Part shown: positions 1-11,485 of the stretch, piece after piece | How the letters are laid out: every line of letters begins with the position of its first letter | How positions within the stretch are numbered: the first letter of the stretch is position 1 | NCBI GenBank assembly: GCA_001179505.1 | Contig: CDMY01000246.1 | Span: 62,001 to 126,000, forward strand | Source of the DNA: Vitrella brassicaformis CCMP3155 | Taxonomy: Eukaryota; Protista; Chromerida | Length of the DNA stretch: 64,000 nucleotides | Direction: 5' to 3' | Notes under the pieces: generated by a model | Databases searched by the model: none | The model's input: only the letters and a program-made list of their open reading frames with translations | Told to the model about the DNA's origin: nothing | Position numbers and translations under genes: made by a program

Positions 1-519
1 GCGGTGCGGTTTTTGGGGTGGGGGCTGCGGTGGATTTTGACAGTCACCGAATCGATCAAGATTGGCAGCGAGCGAAGGGTAGCCCTTGCTTAGGCGAAAC
101 CCGTTTTGTGGTGCTGTGCTGTGCTGTTCTGTGCCCTCTTCTCTTGTTTGTAAGAAAGACTGACTGCACGTGTCGTGTCGTGTGCTGCTGAGAGTGCTGA
201 GAGCTCGTGTGGCTCCTTGTCCTTGTGGCCCTTGCAAGCTCATCGTCATTCTGCCCACCAGCCAGAGCGAAAAAAGAGCCACGGGGCTTCTCTGACCGAC
301 CGAAAAAGCGACGCACTCTCTGCAGACAGACAGACAGACAGACAGACGTGTGTGTATTTGTATATGTGTTATGGGACATGCCAATGAACAGTGTAATGTG
401 TGTGTAGAGACCTGCTGGATCAACAGGCTAAATAGGCTGTGTGTGAGGTTACTCCTGTGACCGTAATCAATCCGTGGATTGAGCCAAGCAAGTCGCTGCT
501 TCACATATCATGCACACAT

Positions 520-2261
520 GCCATGTCTGTCTGTATGTCGGTATGCATCCCGTCTCGAGTCCATCCATCCATCCATTCACCAGTTTGTCCATCCATCCAT
601 CACGCACGGCCATTGTCCCCTCCCCCCCTCTCTACATCCCACCCACCGCCCAGCAGCTCAGTGTACGCAGCTATCCACACTTTACTGTGGTTTGTGTGCG
701 CGAGGGGCAGTTAGGCCACCTTGCGCTTCTTGCGCTTCCTCTCCACCTCATTAGCCCCACCGTCCTGTCCCTTGTCCGCCTGCAGACGGCCCTTCTTGGC
801 CTCGCCCGCCATCACCAAACCCCCGCCCTCGCCGTGCTGCACCCCGCCATCCACAGCACTCGGGGCCGCCCGCTTCTTATTGCGCCGGGGGCGCATGCGG
901 TATCGGCGGCCGTTGTCCTGTGGCTGCTCTTGCACAGCAGCAGCAGCAGGGACCACAGCAGGGACGACGGCAGCGGCAGCGATGGCAGCAGGGGGAGGTG
1001 TCTGAGCATGGGGTGCCTGAGCTTGGGGCGCCTCGATGGAGGGCGGCTCGTAGACCGGCTCCACCTCGATGCGCGGCGTGTAGGGCTGGATGAACTGGCC
1101 GCCGACGTCAGCCGCCCAGTGCTGAAACTCCTGCACCCAACACACACACACAAATGAATGGGCCAGGAGAGGTGGAGGTGGTGCGTGTGAGGGTGATGGA
1201 GGCACTCTGCTGGTGGTGTGAGTTGGCTGGGTACCTGTTTGTCCAGATCGTCAAAGTAGGGGTGATTAACCGCCTCCGCCGCCGTCAAACGCTCAGCGGG
1301 GTCAAACCTAATCAGACTGACACACACAGTTGACAGAGGAATGCAGCCATGGGAGGGAGGGAGGGAGGTTGCTGATGGGCTGACGTACTCGTAGAGAAAG
1401 TCGAACTTCTCGTCGGTGATGGTCACGCCGTTCTCGCCCTCGGCCAGGGTCTTCTGGAACTTGGCGCGCACCTCGGCCTTGCTGCGCTGCGGAATCCGCG
1501 GCAGGGTAAGGCACTGCACAGACACACAGCCGGACGGACTCGTGTTTGTGCTTTGTGTGTCTGTGGTGCTTTGGTTCCATACGTGTGAGTTATACAGCGG
1601 CAGGTTGAGCGCCCGCAGTCTGCTGTGCGGCGGCAGCCCCAGCAAATCGATCATCTTAATCAGCGAGCCATAGTCAGAACCCATAGGACACTAACACACA
1701 CAGACAGACAGAGAAGTACACACACTTATCTCTGTCTGTGTGTGTGTGGCTGTGTGTGGCTGTGTGTGTGTGCATGGCTCGGTCGGTCGGCGAGTGGCTG
1801 ACTCACATCGAAGGGCGAGCGACGGCATCCGAGCATCTCAGCGAATATGCAGCCTGCACACACACAGACAGACAGACACACAAAAAGCATCCCGCAGGTG
1901 CCATGTGTGAGTCCCTCCCTCCCTCCCTCATACCAGCAGCCCAGATGTCCACGGCCGTCCCGTGTGTCCGCTGCCCCAGCACCATCTCGGGCGCCTTATA
2001 CGATGGCGTCCCCAACGCAGTCGGGTTCTGATGAATGGCACAACGGATTCACACGTGTCGCTGACACATGGCGCCGCTGGGTCAGTGCGGTGTTTACGGT
2101 GTGCCGGACGGGCGGGGCGCCGAGGCTGTCCAGCAGGCGGCCGTGGCCGAGATTGGTCAACAACAACTTCTCACTGCATCCACACAGACACGTAGACCGA
2201 CACAGTGGGTGTGTGTGGGGTGTGGGAGGTGTCGCATACCGTCCAGGTGTCGTGCTGTTGT

Positions 2262-2292
<31 letters not shown>

Positions 2293-4050
2293 ATGGGCGA
2301 TGTCGTGCGAGTGAACGTGGGCCAACGACAACAGCAGCTGTCCAATCCAACACACAGCAGATGGGGGGCATCCCATGGCTGTGTGTGCCTCTCTCCTTAG
2401 TACCTGGAACATATAGCGCTTGACCTGCTCGGGCGGCAGAATCCGCGGCACTTTGACCTTTCGCTGCATTCGCGAATGCTGACAGCACACACGATGGTCC
2501 ATCCATCCGTCGGCTCTGTCGGTTTCCTTGGTTTGTTTGCTGGTTTGCTTACCGGTGGGAACATGCGGCGGAGGAACCTGAAGAGGTCGCCGCCGGAGGC
2601 ATACTCCATGACCATGTAGAGCCGCCCCTCCTCGCCAGACACCCAGGCCTCCACCACCTTGGCAACATTCTCGTGCTTCATCTTAGTCAGAATGGCCTGC
2701 ATCACTCACAGCCACACACACATCCACACCCGCCACACATCACACGCCCTCCCCCCTCCATCCCTCCCCACCTCACCACGTCGCGGACCGCCTCGACAGG
2801 GATACCCTCCCAGCAGGTCGAGAAGTCCTGCACCTTGGCTGCGAACAGACGGCCCGCCGGCCCTTTGCCCTTCTCACGTACCAGCACCACCTTGCCGAAC
2901 GAGCCGGCGCCCAGCTCACCCAACGACATCGTACTTGGCATACAGAGTCGGGTCGTTGTATAGGTCAACCTCGCACGCCGACATGGCGAGTGCGTTGCCC
3001 TGGCTGGGCCTCCCAGATGGACGGTGGGCCTGTCAACAGCTGCTATGCCGTTGAGCACCTGCAGGCCTGTGGGGAGCGGCTGACCCGCTCGCGCTGGCCG
3101 TCTGATGGACTCGACTGAGGCCGGATGACCTGCCGCTACACTGCCGTCGGCGGCAAGAGCCTCCAACGCCGTCACGATGCCGTGGACGAGAGCGGGGGAC
3201 GAGAGCGAGTGTCAGAGCCGATGAACGTCAGCTCAAATAGTCCCTTTCCATGAAGACCGGGCGGTGTTTACTGTGTGGGACGATGAATGCGGAAGAATGC
3301 ACCCCCTCCCGCCTCTTTCGAGTTAGAGCATGATGTGGTACACGGCAGATCTGTGCAGTGTTTGGCGTTGAGGACTGCTCATGGATGCGGTGAGCGGTTG
3401 CGAGTTGGGAGGCTGGCATGAGTTTGTTTGTCATGGTCTTCGTGTGTGTGTCATCTCGCAGCTGAAGTCTGAGGCGGCGGGCATCGAGCACAGCCTGGAC
3501 CAGTTGCTGCAACTGCAGTCAAAGGTGAGCATGAAGATACACGTGGTTGAGAAGCCCATGTGCTCACACAGCTTGACTTCTGTGTGGTGTGGTTGTTGCA
3601 GGTTGGTGGCTGTCTGTCGCAGATCAAGCAGCTGGAGCTGTCCAATGACGGCCCTGCACAGGTCAGTCAGTCAGGGCTGTGTGGCCCGATTGGTCGACTG
3701 ACTTGTGGTCTTTTTTGTCTCTTCTCAACACTGCAGGCGTCTTGTCATGAGTCGTTGCGCCTTCAGCTGTCGCTGCTGGCCGGCCACTGCACGGCCTCTG
3801 TCAACCAGCTGTCGTGCTTGGCACCCGCCCTCTCCAGTGCCGTAGATGCGCTCACACCAGTAGGGGACGCACCGCCTACCATCAGCCCGGCAGCCGCAGC
3901 AACCGATGGGCAGACAGAGGTGCGCACGAAGAATGGCCACAACGGACTGTGCATAAGGGGGTTCGCCTTTTACCTTGCTGTGGTGTGATGTCAGGTGGCT
4001 GCGGAGAGGCGTCCGTCATATCGTCTAGTGCATAGGAGCGGCAATGCACC
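520..4050 (+). repeat. Left arm of a near-identical inverted segmental duplication (kinase + shared promoter + 5' exons of family gene)
   Basis: Introns, intergenic DNA and exons match the reverse complement of about 28010-31660. The ORF track shows the same peptides on opposite strands (3560..3988+ vs 27973..28479-; 711..1205- vs 30980..31471+). Confidence 0.9.
711..2984 (-). pseudogene. CDK-like (CMGC) Ser/Thr kinase, copy A; multi-exon, with a 1-bp insertion frameshift in exon 1
   Basis: Spliced motifs GAGSFGKV, FAAK, EGIPVEAVRDV-AILTKMKHENV (PSTAIRE-like), HRDLKPANVLL, DLG, GTPSYKAPE, DIWAAG, RFDPAERLTAAEAVNHPYF and C-terminal KRKKRKVA*. ATG at 2984, stop at 711-713. Exon 1 has one extra C (ctcacccaacg at about 2915-2925, versus ctcaccaacg in the other copies), giving V-V-G-TGA. 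Confidence 0.75.
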
Positions 4051-4113
4051 ACCACCCGACGAGGACCCGGTAAGAGCCACGCATACATCAGATACACACA
4101 TACCCACTGATGT
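3381..4113 (+). other. Partial copy (5' exons only) of the coiled-coil/F-box-like family gene, cut off by the assembly gap
   Basis: ATG GAT GCG|gtgagc, then exons LKSEAAGIEHSLDQLLQLQSK, VGGCLSQIKQLELSNDGPAQ, ASCHESLRLQLSLL... and VAAERRPSYRLVHRSG. Duplicate of 5112-5843 at offset 1731. Confidence 0.75.
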
Positions 4114-4413
4114 NNNNNNNNNNNNNNNNNNNNNNNNNNNNNNNNNNNNNNNNNNNNNNNNNNNNNNNNNNNNNNNNNNNNNNNNNNNNNNNNNNNNNNN
4201 NNNNNNNNNNNNNNNNNNNNNNNNNNNNNNNNNNNNNNNNNNNNNNNNNNNNNNNNNNNNNNNNNNNNNNNNNNNNNNNNNNNNNNNNNNNNNNNNNNNN
4301 NNNNNNNNNNNNNNNNNNNNNNNNNNNNNNNNNNNNNNNNNNNNNNNNNNNNNNNNNNNNNNNNNNNNNNNNNNNNNNNNNNNNNNNNNNNNNNNNNNNN
4401 NNNNNNNNNNNNN
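4114..4413. other. Assembly gap (300 N)
   Basis: Run of N. Confidence 1.
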
Positions 4414-4476
4414 ACATCCACACCCGCCACACATCACACGCCCACCCACCCCTCCCTCCCTGCCTCCCAACCTCAC

Positions 4477-4683
4477 CACGTCGCGGACCGCCTCGACAGG
4501 GATACCCTCCCAGCAGGTCGAGAAGTCCTGGACCTTGGCCGCGAACAGACGGCCCGCCGGCCCTTTGCCCTTCTCCCACACCAGCACCACCTTGCCGAAC
4601 GAACCGGCGCCCAGCTCACCAACGACATCGTACTTGTCATAGAGAGTCGGGTCGTTGTATAGGTCAACCTCGCACGCCGACAT
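4477..4683 (-). other. Isolated intact exon 1 of the CDK-like kinase (rest lost in the gap)
   Basis: MSACEVDLYNDPTLYDKYDVVGELGAGSFGKVVLVWEKGKGPAGRLFAAKVQDFSTCWEGIPVEAVRDV|gtgagg, identical in peptide to exon 1 of copy B (29109). Confidence 0.85.
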
Positions 4684-5111
4684 GGCGAGTGCGTTGCCCT
4701 GGCTGGGCCTCCCAGATGGACGGTGGGCCTGTCAACAGCTGCTATGCCGTTGAGCCCCTGCAGGCCTGTGGGGAGCGGCTGACCCGCTCGCGCTGGCCGT
4801 CTGATGAGCTGTTCTCAGGACGGCTCGACTGTGGCCGGATGAGCTGCCGCCAATTGGCTGCCGCTACACTGCCGTCCGCAAGAGCCTCCAACGCCGTCAC
4901 GATGCCGTGGCAATTGTGCCGTGGGGGGACGAGAGCGAGTGTCAGAGCCGATGAACGTCAGCTCAAATAGTCGCCGTCCATGACGAGCGGGCGGTGTTTA
5001 CTGTGTGGGACGATGAATGCGGAAGAATGCATTCCTTGCGTGCCTCTTTCGGGTTAGAGCATGATGTGGTACACGGCAGATCTGTGCAGAGTTTGGCGTT
5101 GAGGGCTTCTC

Positions 5112-7829
5112 ATGGATGCGGTGAGCGGTTGCGAGTTGGGAGGCTGGCATGAGTTTGTTTGTCATGGTCTTCGTGTGTGTGTGATCTTGCAGCTGAAGTC
5201 TGAGGCGGCGGGCATCGAGCACAGCCTGGACCAGCTGCTGCAACTGCAGTCAAAGGTGAGCATGAAGATACACGTGGTTGAGAAGCCCATGTGCTCACAC
5301 AGCTTGACTTCTGTGTGGTGTGTTTGGTGCAGGTTGGTGGCTGTCTGTCGCAGATCAAGCAGCTGGAGCTGTCCAATGACGGCCCTGCACAGGTCAGTCA
5401 GTCAGGGCTGTGTGGCCCGATTGGTCGACTGACTTGTGGTCTTTTTTGTCTCTTCTCAACACTGCAGGCGTCTTGTCATGAGTCGTTGCGCCTTCAGCTG
5501 TCGCTGCTGGCCGGCCACTGCACGGCCTCTGTCAACCAGCTGTCGTGCTTGGCACCCGCCCTCTCCAGTGCCGTAGATGCGCTCACACCAGTAGGGGACG
5601 CACCGCCTACCATCAGCCCGGCAGCCGCAGCAACCGATGGGCAGACAGAGGTGCGCACGAAGAATGGCCACAACGGACTGTGCATAAGGGGGTTCGCCTT
5701 TTACCTTGCTGTGGTGTGATGTCAGGTGGCTGCGGAGAGGCGTCCGTCATATCGTCTAGTGCATAGGAGCGGCAATGCACCACCACCCGACGAGGACCCG
5801 GTAAGAGCCACGCATACATCAGATACACACATACCCACTGATGTCCTGTTGGTTGACAATTCAGGCCCGCCTTCGTCTGTCCCGTGACGCACTCTCCAAT
5901 GTGTTCGGCCACCTGCAGCCTTCACTTGACGCGCCACCGCCGGCCCCTCGGCACGCCCCTCTTCCATCAGTCGGCCGCCACCTACACCAAGCTGGTCATC
6001 GACTGTAAGGGCGACAAGGCGCGGCGCATGTGGGAGACCATGCCGCTGGCCGTGGCGCAGAGATGGGGCAAGAGGGCGACCAACGTGCGAGAGATCAAGC
6101 GTCGCCATCCCGCGGGCCGAGAGGGCTGGTGTCGCGGGACGTGGATGGCCTTAGTGGAGGGACACGCCGTCGGCCGGGCGGCCATCGCAGACAAGAAGCG
6201 ACGGGAGAGGGAGGGCGGGGAGGGGACTGCTGCTGCCGCGGCAGAGCAAGATGATGACGGCAGCTGGTCGGCCGACGAGGGCACATTGGAGGTGCTGTCA
6301 TTCGAGGCCGTCGAGCTCGACGACATCAGTCGCCTCCCCCGCCCTCCCCCCTCATCTGCCCTGCCCGCCGCCCGCTCCGCCCCCGTCCACCTGCCGGCAC
6401 TCAAAACCGTCGACAACATACCCGATGAGTGCCTGGCTGCTCGCGTGGGGCGCCCGTGGCGGACACCTGCCATCAAGACGCTCATCACTCGAGTCCATTT
6501 TGGTGCGTCCAAGGAGGCTGTGAAGGCGTGGCTAAACGGCTGCGAGGCCATTGAGGTGCTCGACCCCGCCATGTTGGGCGCCGACGATGCGGTGGATGTG
6601 CTGAGTGCGCTGCCCGCTGACGGGAAGTCGCTCGGGTCACTTCGCACTCTGCGAGGCGTCCGGGTTGGTCGGGGTGGCCCCGCTGACATCGACCGACTGC
6701 GTGAGGTGCTGGTGGGGAGGGGCGCCAAGCGGTGGATCAGCGAGCTCAAGATCGACATGCGTGGTGTTCGTTCGTACACAGACGAGGACTGGGAGAGACT
6801 GCAGAAGGCCGCACAGCTCGTGTAAGGACACATGGGAAGGGGAAGGTCAGGTCTGCGTGACGCACACCGATGTGGTCGTCTTTTCTGCAGTGATGCCGTT
6901 GCGCATCGTGAGGCGTTTTCGCAGCCGATTGTCCGCGCAGCCACGGACGGTTTCTTTGACGTGGGACTCCTCTCCCGCAGCAGAACTGCTACCCCCACCG
7001 TCCAGACCCTCATCAGTGATTTCGCCAAGACGGCTGCTACCGTGTCGTACCGAGGAGAAGACGGGACCATCCCTGCAGACGGCACATTCCCCACCGCTAG
7101 CAAACTGCAGCTTGAAAGCGGTGCCCTCGACGATGAGGCCAAGAAGGAGCGCGCAGTCGAGATCGCCTCCAACATGCCCAACCTGTCACACATCCAGGCA
7201 GAAGACCCCTTTCACACACCTGCTGGTGAGGTGTGGACGTTCCTCGAGCGGCTGCAGACGGCGCTGGTCAGCAAGGGGAGAGAGAGAAGCTTGTCGGTGG
7301 AGATGCGTCTGCCGGCAAGTGCAGTTGTGGAGCCCGTGCACACTGACCGGAGCCCGTGTCTGTGGGGGCGTCGCAGCAACGACAAGCTGCCGCCGGTCGA
7401 GGACGTGACGATCACCGTGGATGGTGAGGCGGGACGGGAGTGCGTGGGAGAACCACCACACATGGCGCCCGTGTGTATTGTCCGTGTTACTTCATTGTAG
7501 GCGGTGTAGAGGATGACGACTTGGAGCCCTTCTACCGGCGCGTGATGGCCTCTGTGGCCTCATTCAGCAACGAGCTCAAGGTGCGCCTCAAACCACCCAC
7601 ACAGACAGCTGCGGGGCGATGTGTGTGTGCCCACTGTCCTGTTGCCCGAATCAATGACAGGGCCACAAGAAGACCGAAGTGTACTGATGGAACGACGAGG
7701 AGGCTGCGGCCGACTTCGAGCGGCGTTTCCTGACTGAGCAGGTTGGCCTCAACTTCAGCGGTGGGCCGTACAAGTTCAGCTTCCATCGCTTCTTTCGTTA
7801 CGCGCTGGTTGTCGAGCGCCGCACGTAAC
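5112..7829 (+). pseudogene. Lineage-specific coiled-coil + F-box-like + LRR-like protein, copy 1 (disrupted)
   Basis: Multi-exon paralogue of copies 2-4. Net 2-nt deletion at 5921-5926 (cagcc-ttcact-tgacg vs cagcc-atgggagc-tgacg) shifts the frame in the QPWEL motif. In-frame TGA at 7685-7687 in the last exon. Terminal VVERRT-TAA at 7827-7829. Confidence 0.75.
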
Positions 7830-8608
7830 CATCCCTCAGGTGAATGGCTTACCGTAGGTGAGGACGCCGAACGATAAATGGGGGCGTCACCAGCTATCCC
7901 CCTCTGATATGTGTGTTGTCAGATCTGACGGCGGCTGGGGGGGTGTGGGTGCTCGGGCGGATGCTGCGTGAGGGAGCAGCTAATAGCATGATGGACAGAT
8001 GGCGGATAAACAGACAGACAGACAGGCAGCTCCCACCCACGGCTGCAATGCCTGCTACACACTTTTAGACAGGCACCTTCTTGCTCGGCTCGGCTCGGTG
8101 CGTGTATGTGTGTTTGTGTTGGTGACCTCCTTGTGGCTGGCTGGCTGCGGTTCAATGTGTCCCAGAGAAGCGACGGATCAGAAAGTGCGTGTCGATTTGC
8201 AGAAAGTACACAAATGTCACGTCCATCCATCCATCCATCGGTGTCTGTCTGGCACACCGCCGACCATGGCATCCATCCGGCTGTCTGCCACACACACGTC
8301 CTACACCTTACAAAGTACTCCACACACACTACACACACAGTGGCTGAGGTATCCGTCTCTTGCTCACATTCGTCCTTCCATCCATCCATCCATCCATCCC
8401 ATAGATAAAGAAACGTCACGATCCGTGGGGATCAATGCGATAGACACACTCTCTCGGGTAACAAGGCAGCTCGGTGGGTCGGTGGCTGGGTGTCGCTGTA
8501 CAACTATCAAGGCAGGTGGTGTGGACAAGTAAGTCGTGTCAAGAAGAACGAGAAAGCCAAACCATCCCTCTCTCATATCGATCTATTCATCCCCCCGCCA
8601 TTCCATCT

Positions 8609-11448
8609 TCAGTCGTCATAGCTCCAGCCGGCCATTCCCTGCTGCTGCTCCACCACCCGGCTGATCTTGCTATACAGCAGTCGCATCAGACTCGCAGACG
8701 TGCACGGGATCTGATACGCCGTACCACTCTTGACCCTGCACACAACACACACACACACACACTCACACCTTTGCTCATGTGTGTGTGTGTGTGTGTTGCT
8801 GAGAGTGTCTGACCTGATGATGACACCGTGCGACGAGACCCTGACGTCAGCGATGTCGGAGATCTTGACCTGCCACCGCCGCCGTGCGGTGGGCCCCCTG
8901 TCGGTGCTGTAGCTGGTGCCACTGGCATATGTGTGGTCGGCATCGCCCCCGCCCAGGTCGGTGTAGGCCAGGTACTTGGGGTAGAAGAGCAGTGCCAGGT
9001 GCTCCATCTGGGCCCCCTTGGTCGTGCCCCAGAAGTCGGTGCTCCCGCCCGTAGGCACCACCGTCGCTGAGCTCGTCTGCGCCCTGCCAGCCATCAGCAC
9101 ATGCATTGCAATGCAGAGAAAGACATACCCACACGCGCAGAGAGTGCGTGCGTACTTTCTGACGGTAATGCAGTCGAGAATGTTCTTGGCGAGTCCCAGG
9201 CCGAGGGTCTCCCGAAGCTCAGCTTCCTCCGAGCTGTACTCCCTGATATCAATCATCACATCCATTCATTACATGTGCGTGTCTGTCTGTGTTGCCATTC
9301 CCCCCACCCACCTGATGGCGCCTAGCTCTCCCCAGAGCATCCTGGGTTTCCTCCTTCGCTCGCTGCGCGCCTTCTGGCCGCCCATGAGTGGCTTCTGCAG
9401 GTCTGCACTCACCCCCTCGGCCAGGCTGCTGAAGGCCTGACCGACCTTGTCCAGCGGCTTGACCAGCGTGCCCATGACGCCCTTGCCGATGCCCTTGACG
9501 AAGCCCTTGAGGCCCTCCCGCTGGGCGCCCTCGATCGGCTTGGTCACGATGTTGGTCACCGACAGGATGCCCTCGCCCACGTTGCGGCCGAAGTTGACGA
9601 ACCCCTCGCCCACATTCTGCGCACGGCGGGAGCGCAGCTCCTTCTGTCTTTTGTTGATGTACTCCCTGTCGAAGGTGAGCTGCCCGACGAGGTTGGACGT
9701 CTCGCCCAGGAGGTCCTTTGCGGCGGTGAATGCAAAGCCGATGGTGGTCTTGCCGAGCTCGAGGGGAATCTTGGGCACGTTGAGCAGCGACGAGTGGCCC
9801 AGGATGGGCAGCAGACAGCCCAGCACCTTCTGGTTGTACTTGTCCGCGAAGGTCGTCATGAACGTGTTGACGCTGCCACGAACGTTGGCGAGATTCTCCT
9901 CCTCAAGACATATGGGCGCACCCTGATAGACCACACACATGGAAAGCGGGTTCTCAACCATCGCTCTTTCTCCAGGCACGGACCTTGAGCTCGAGTGTGC
10001 CGCTGAAAGAGATCATCTGTATGGCGAGCTTGATGACGTCGGGCAGGAAGTCGACGCGGCGCAGTGCGAGGGAGACCCATGTGAAGAGGGTGAACTTGGG
10101 GACGTACAGCTGCTCGAGTGTGAGGACGCCCGGCAGGGGCGGGGGCGTGTAGCCGTCGTGGATGGGCTTGCTGTTCCACGAGAGGATCTCGCTCTTGGTG
10201 AAACCTGTCGATGAGGTGCCACCGATGGACTCCAGGCACTCAGTGACGAAACCCTAGGGGGACACACAGAGACACACACGACGCCATCCATCACCTCCCA
10301 TTCTGCTGCTCTTCCCTGTCATATATACCGAAAGTCCGTTGAGCATCCAGTCATCGAACTCCACCTCAAGGTTGTCCACAAACAGGTGCGCCGCCTGGAT
10401 CACCAAGTCGCTCTGGCTCGACGCGAACCCCCTGTCGATGAACAGCGACAGAAACGGGCAGTACCCGTCGGTACCCACCACCTCCGTCACACCCTCTGCC
10501 ACGGCAGCTGACGCGCTCGACGCGCCTGATGCCTCGGCGCCGCGAAGGCCGCGGTTGGCGAGGAGGACGGGCTTCTCGGATGCCTCGAGCTGGCTGTCGA
10601 TCTGAATGTCGCTGATCTCGAAGTTGATGCGCTGGTTCTCGCCCTTTTGGCACATCACAAACGTGACCTGCTGCATCTCGGCGAAGAGCAGCTCCTCGCG
10701 GAGGGCGTCAGACACACACGAGAGACCGATCTGACGGCCAAGACACACACACATTCACCAAACAGGCTGATTGATGCTGCCCCCACTTTCTCCCCCTCCC
10801 TGTCTCTGTCTCTTTGTGCGTAGACAGTCTGTGTGGGTGTACCTGTCCAAGAGTGATCTCGTACTGCAGGCTGACGTCCTTGATGTCGGGCTTTGCGGGT
10901 GCGTCCCTCCCCGCAGCAGTCGTGCCCGTCGGCTGGTCGGCCACAGCCAAGGCGTCCACGGTCTGTGTGTGGTCCTCTCTGTGTCCATGCTGCTGCTGCT
11001 GCTGCTGGGGGTGGTGGGGGTGGTGGGGCTGGTGGTGGGGCTGCTGCGTATGGGCGATCTCCCTGTCCTCGCCGCTCTTGCTCCTGGCCCCTCGTGTGAA
11101 GGCGTTGATGGATGCCAGCATGAGGTTCTTCTCGCGGATGATGTCCTGAAGGCGTCGGCGCTGCTTGGGCCTGACCTCGATGATGGTGAGGTCGCCCCGC
11201 TTGTCGGTGGAGATCCACACGCGCTCGTGGATGCCCATCGACTGCAGATCTGATATCTCATACCTGTCAATTAATCGATGGTGGACACAAACACGATGAG
11301 TGAGTGAAAGCAGTGATGGTTTTCGCTGTGCTGCCGGTGAGATTCTCACCTCTTTGGTTGGAAGCCGACTGATTTGAGGTTGAGGACCAGGGGCATCTTG
11401 GGGGCGACCGTCTGGCTGTCAATCACCAGCACCAAACTCACCTAAACA

Positions 11449-11485
<37 letters not shown>

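Larger units (their letters stand above)
2716..5843 (+). repeat. Direct duplication 2716-4113 / 4414-5843 flanking an N gap (possibly overlapping contig ends)
   Basis: The same kinase exon 1, promoter and family 5' exons appear on both sides of the 300-N gap, with a few SNPs and indels. Confidence 0.85.

Noticed and set aside
56-420. Short ORFs or a possible exon at the window start
   Set aside because: No recognisable motif, and dominated by microsatellite-derived peptides. It may be part of a gene outside the window.
2716-5843. Tandem duplication as a real biological tandem array
   Set aside because: The two units abut a fixed 300-N gap, and the second unit matches the right inverted arm better than the first unit. 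Unmerged contig ends or mixed repeat copies are the simpler explanation until long reads are checked.
5982-7193. Long antisense or alternative-frame ORFs (e.g. 5982-7193, 16347-17621, 48859-49941, 62022-63503)
   Set aside because: These are shadows of GC-rich coding exons on the opposite strand, with no motifs of their own.
7685-7687. In-frame TGA with conserved reading frame downstream (possible selenocysteine or readthrough)
   Set aside because: It aligns to Phe in the paralogues rather than Cys, no SECIS was recognised, and this copy is already frameshifted upstream. It is best read as a pseudogene lesion.
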